From Myxococcales bacterium (GTDB lineage Bacteria; Myxococcota_A; Polyangia; Polyangiales; Houyiibacteriaceae), in NCBI GenBank assembly GCA_024643985.1, contig JAHELW010000002.1:9335-73334 (forward strand): DNA of 64,000 nucleotides, written 5' to 3'. Of the stretch, positions 60,730 through 64,000 are shown one piece after another. The notes beneath the pieces were generated by a model. It was not told where the DNA came from and did no database searches. It saw nothing but the letters and a program-made list of their open reading frames with translations. The position numbers and the translations under genes are program-made. Within the stretch, counting starts at the first letter, position 1, and every line of letters begins with the position of its first letter.

Positions 60730-61281
60730 GTGGCAGAGGGCGATGGCGAGCTCTGGCAAAGCGAAGTTCTGATCAGTGATTCGATCGGCCGCTTGATCGA
60801 ATTTTGGGGGTTCAAGCGGAACATGGGGCGGCTTTGGGCGATCCTGTATCTCTCCGACCGTCCGCACAGCGCACCGGACATTCAGCAAAAGCTACAGCTC
60901 AGCGCGGGCGCTGTCTCGATGACGCTCAACGAGCTTTTGCGTTGGGGCGTCGTCAAAAAGGTCTGGATCCAAGGGGAGCGGCGAGACCACTACACGGCGG
61001 AAGGCAACTTCTGGAAGATGATTTCCCGTGTGTTCAACGAGCGTGAACGCGTAGAGGTGCTCGACGCGATCGACATCATGGAAGACGCGATCGATTTTCT
61101 GAGGGCGAAGGCCAAGGAGCCCGAGTCGCGACAACGAGCGCACTTTCAGGAGCAACGCGTGCGCGAGCTGCTCGACCTCGCCCGCTTCGGTAAGCAGCTC
61201 CTCGACACGCTGATCAAGGATGCCAAGGTCGACGGCAGCCCTTTGATGAACGTGTTGCTCGGCGGCGACGACGAGCGCTGA
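60730..61281 (+). CDS. GbsR/MarR-family winged-helix transcriptional regulator
   Basis: IGRLIEFWGFKRNMGRLWAILYLSDRPHSAPDIQQKLQLSAGAVSMTLNELLRWGVVKKV is typical of the GbsR-type HTH. GTG start. Confidence 0.75.
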   Translation: MAEGDGELWQSEVLISDSIGRLIEFWGFKRNMGRLWAILYLSDRPHSAPDIQQKLQLSAGAVSMTLNELLRWGVVKKVWIQGERRDHYTAEGNFWKMISRVFNERERVEVLDAIDIMEDAIDFLRAKAKEPESRQRAHFQEQRVRELLDLARFGKQLLDTLIKDAKVDGSPLMNVLLGGDDER

Positions 61282-61326
61282 GCGCGCTTTCGCGCGATCC
61301 CAAAATCGATCTATGCTCCGCCTCCC

Positions 61327-62640
61327 ATGGATCCACTATCGAAGCCACTCGCGCTGCCCTGCGGCGCCGCTCTGAAAAACCGCGTCGCGAAAGCCGCCAT
61401 GACCGAAGGCCTGGCGGACTCGAACGACAACGCAACCGAATGTCACGAGACTCTCTACGGCCGTTGGTCCGACGGCGGCGCCGGCTTGTTGCTGACCGGC
61501 AACGTGATGGTCGATCGTCGCTACCTCGAGAGGCCCGGCAACGTCGTGATCGATGGCAACGGCGGAGAGGCGGCGCTTCGTCGGTGGGCCGCCGCCGGAA
61601 CCCGCGGCGGAAACCATCTTTGGATGCAGATCAGCCATCCGGGCAGGCAGTGCACGCGCATGTCCAGCAGTCATCCGGTTTCCTCGTCGTCCGTGAAGCT
61701 CAAAGGCATGATGGGCTTGATGGCGCCGCCTCGCGCACTCGAGATCGTAGAGATTCACGACATCATTCGGCGGTTTGCCCACGTCGCGCGAATCGCAAAA
61801 GACACCGGTTTCACCGGGGTGCAGATCCACTCCGCGCACGGCTACCTCTCGAGTCAGTTCCTCTCGCCCCGCGCCAATCGGCGGACCGACGAGTGGGGCG
61901 GCTCCCTCGAAAACCGCGCGCGGTTCCTGCTCGAGGTGTACGGCGCGGTGCGCGAGGCGGTGGGCCCGGAGTTTCCGATCGCGGCGAAGCTCAACTCCGC
62001 GGATTTCCAAAAGGGCGGCTTCAGCAAGGAGGAGTCGACGCAGGTGGCTCGCTGGCTCGCGGAGCGCGGCCTCGACCTCCTGGAGATCTCCGGTGGAACC
62101 TACGAGCAGATGGCCCTGTTCGGCGACATGGGAGACGACGCGGAGCGCAAGGCCGAGAGCACGAAGCGGAGGGAGGCCTATTTCCTCGAGTACGCGCGCG
62201 ACATGAGGCAGGCGGTGGAGGGCATGCCGCTCATGGTGACGGGCGGGTTCCGCACGCCGTCGCTCATGCGGGAGGTCGTCGCGGCGGGTGAGGTCGACGT
62301 CATCGGGATCGGGCGCCCTCTCTGCGTGGCCACCGATTTGCCCCAGGTTCTCACGCAGGGCGGGAGCGAGCCGCTTCCCACGCCGGAGAAGGATCTGCGA
62401 CTAGGGCCCGGGATGCTCGGCCGGGCCAGCCCGATTCATTCGATGCGTACGCTGAACGGTCAGGCCGAGGTTGCCTGGTTCTACCGGCAGATCATCGAGC
62501 TCAGCGAAGGCCGAGAGCCGGTTGCGTCTCTCGGCGCTTGGGGAGCGCTCTTCGGGCACTTCGGCCGCGAGGCCGGGCTCGCGCGGCGGCGGAAGTTCAA
62601 GGCCAAGCCGATCGCGCTTCCCGCGAGCCGGGAGACCTGA
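61327..62640 (+). CDS. NADH:flavin oxidoreductase (Old Yellow Enzyme family)
   Basis: LKNRVAKAAMTEG, GAGLLLTGNVMVD, GFTGVQIHSAHGYLSSQFLSPRANRRTDEWGGSLENRARF, and GIGRPL. Confidence 0.9.
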   Translation: MDPLSKPLALPCGAALKNRVAKAAMTEGLADSNDNATECHETLYGRWSDGGAGLLLTGNVMVDRRYLERPGNVVIDGNGGEAALRRWAAAGTRGGNHLWMQISHPGRQCTRMSSSHPVSSSSVKLKGMMGLMAPPRALEIVEIHDIIRRFAHVARIAKDTGFTGVQIHSAHGYLSSQFLSPRANRRTDEWGGSLENRARFLLEVYGAVREAVGPEFPIAAKLNSADFQKGGFSKEESTQVARWLAERGLDLLEISGGTYEQMALFGDMGDDAERKAESTKRREAYFLEYARDMRQAVEGMPLMVTGGFRTPSLMREVVAAGEVDVIGIGRPLCVATDLPQVLTQGGSEPLPTPEKDLRLGPGMLGRASPIHSMRTLNGQAEVAWFYRQIIELSEGREPVASLGAWGALFGHFGREAGLARRRKFKAKPIALPASRET

Positions 62641-62647
62641 TCGCTCG

Positions 62648-64000
62648 CTAGCGCAGCGACTGCATCAGCGGCTCGGTTTGCCGCCGGACCGCCGCGAGGC
62701 GCTCGTCCTGAAGCTTCTCCTGCACGATCGCGCGGTACTCCGTGCGCTTCGGGTGGGCGGTCACGAGCTTTTCGAGCGCTGCGGCGCAGTCGGGGCTCGA
62801 AGGCTCCTTGCGGAGGCATTCGAGCACCTGAAAAGACGCGGCGTCGGGGTCGGTCATGTGCTTCGCGTTCAGCAGCGTCATGTGAAACGCCGTCGCGTCC
62901 CGCTCGTATCGGGGGGCACACTCTTCCGCAAGCTTGATCGCCGCGTCCGTGCGCTCGGTTCGAACGAACGCCTTGAGGAGCTCCTTCGGGTACCGCACCT
63001 CGTCCGGTGCAAGTCGGTGCGCGACGACGAGCGGACCGATCGCGTCCTCGTCGCGCCCGTCGGCGAGATACGCCATCGCGAGCCACCCGTACCCGTGCGC
63101 CCCCTCCGGATTCTTCTCGATGGCTGCCGTGTAGAGCGTCTCTTGATCCCGGAAGTCCTTCACCCATCCTCGCAGGTGAAACGCGAGCACGGCCAGGTAG
63201 AGCGCGCCGGCTGCCGTCAGGAGCGGACGCCATCGTGGGAGGGCGTCGTAAAGACCTGCCGCCGCGCTGCCGAGCGCCACGGCCAAGCCTACCGAGGGCA
63301 GGTAGAGGTATCGGCCGAATCCGGGCCAGAGCATGCCTGCGATGATCGCGGCCGGGGCCAGCGTGCAGACGAACCAGAATCCGCCCCAGGCAACCAGCGG
63401 CAGTCGGCGTCGCAGGAGCCACGCGCCGGCGGCGAGCACGCCAAACACGCATGCATACGCGGCGAGCTCCGAGGACGAGAGCCTGCCGAGCTCCTCGGTG
63501 AGAAACCTGAGGTGGAGCCGCCTCGGCCCCAGCGCGCCGAGCAGTCCCTCGATCTCGAGCGGGGCGACGAAGGTGACGGTTTGCCAGAGGTGATCGCCTC
63601 CCTCGTGCGCCCGCAGCCCTCCGAGCACGGCGGCGCGAAGGCCGAGGTAGCCAAGACCCGCAGCGACGAGAGCGCCGGCGCGACGAAGTCTCGTCACGAG
63701 CCCGAAGTGCGCGCTCGGCTCCGGCCAGAGCACGACCGCGGGAAGGGCAAACAGCAGCGTTTCCTTGCTGAGCAGCCCCGCCAAAAAGAGCGCCGCGCTG
63801 AGAGCGAGCCCGAGCGCGCGCTCGGCTCCGCCCGTCCCGCGCAGTCCGCGTCGCCAGACGAGAAGCGCGGCCAGCCCAAATGCCGTGCAGAACAAGTCCG
63901 AGCGTCCGTTGATCCAGATGTGGGCCGACGACGGATGCGGCGTCAGCCCGAACCAAGCGGCTGCAGCGAGCGCGAACGGCCAAAGGTCCTCGCCGAGCAG
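62648..64000 (-). CDS. Polytopic membrane protein with C-terminal TPR repeats (glycosyltransferase-39/TMTC-like architecture), 5' end beyond window
   Basis: The frame is open to nt 64000 (…WFGLTPHPSSAHIWINGRSDLFCTAFGLAALL…). It has many hydrophobic helices followed by TPR-like helices (GYGWLAMAYLADGRDEDAIGPLVVAHRLAPDE). Confidence 0.7.
   Translation of the reverse strand: MLGEDLWPFALAAAAWFGLTPHPSSAHIWINGRSDLFCTAFGLAALLVWRRGLRGTGGAERALGLALSAALFLAGLLSKETLLFALPAVVLWPEPSAHFGLVTRLRRAGALVAAGLGYLGLRAAVLGGLRAHEGGDHLWQTVTFVAPLEIEGLLGALGPRRLHLRFLTEELGRLSSSELAAYACVFGVLAAGAWLLRRRLPLVAWGGFWFVCTLAPAAIIAGMLWPGFGRYLYLPSVGLAVALGSAAAGLYDALPRWRPLLTAAGALYLAVLAFHLRGWVKDFRDQETLYTAAIEKNPEGAHGYGWLAMAYLADGRDEDAIGPLVVAHRLAPDEVRYPKELLKAFVRTERTDAAIKLAEECAPRYERDATAFHMTLLNAKHMTDPDAASFQVLECLRKEPSSPDCAAALEKLVTAHPKRTEYRAIVQEKLQDERLAAVRRQTEPLMQSLR

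Overview
This is a GC-rich, gene-dense chromosomal segment with about 70 supportable CDS on both strands. I saw no rRNA, tRNA, CRISPR array, transposase or prophage block. The gene content points to a Myxococcota-type genome, but that is inference only. It includes many lipoproteins with GGSGG-type Gly-rich linkers, PrkA, a CarH-type B12/MerR regulator, ECF sigma/anti-sigma pairs, a sigma-54 response regulator next to type IV pilin genes, and a CsgA-like SDR.

Recognisable housekeeping genes:
- rpmB plus an RluA-family pseudouridine synthase
- the clpS-clpA-aat N-degron cluster
- a cobA/hemD fusion
- nnr
- a rhodanese-MoeB/ThiF fusion
- GH13 alpha-glucosidase coupled to a GT8 glycosyltransferase
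- zinc ADH, an OYE flavin reductase, and a BBE-like FAD oxidase

The most unusual thing I can support directly from the sequence is a pair of structured, non-coding MITE-like elements of about 0.5-0.6 kb (28847-29447 and 45669-46163).
- Each one exactly fills the space between the stop codons of two convergent genes.
- Each has long terminal inverted repeats.
- They share a core of about 330 nt that is flipped relative to distinguishable outer arms between the two copies, which suggests an invertible or nested element.

Other points worth a second look:
- a CarH-like photoreceptor regulator with an intact W-x9-EH motif
- a pilin cluster with a sigma-54 promoter and four pilin-like proteins sharing a GDLDGDG motif, with no assembly genes nearby
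- a relic of a second LuxR/LAL gene 3' end, indicating a duplicated regulator-lipoprotein module
- a possible frameshifted lipoprotein locus at a 7-nt tandem repeat
- a GNAT gene bracketed by 34-nt direct repeats
- a truncated gene / start-less OMP junction with a low-GC scar
- a 10-cysteine small secreted protein
- an orphan three-gene operon of unknown function

I did not find a clear multi-gene system (defense, secretion, biosynthetic) that I could call novel with confidence. All functional calls rest on motif and family recognition by eye, because no database search was possible.
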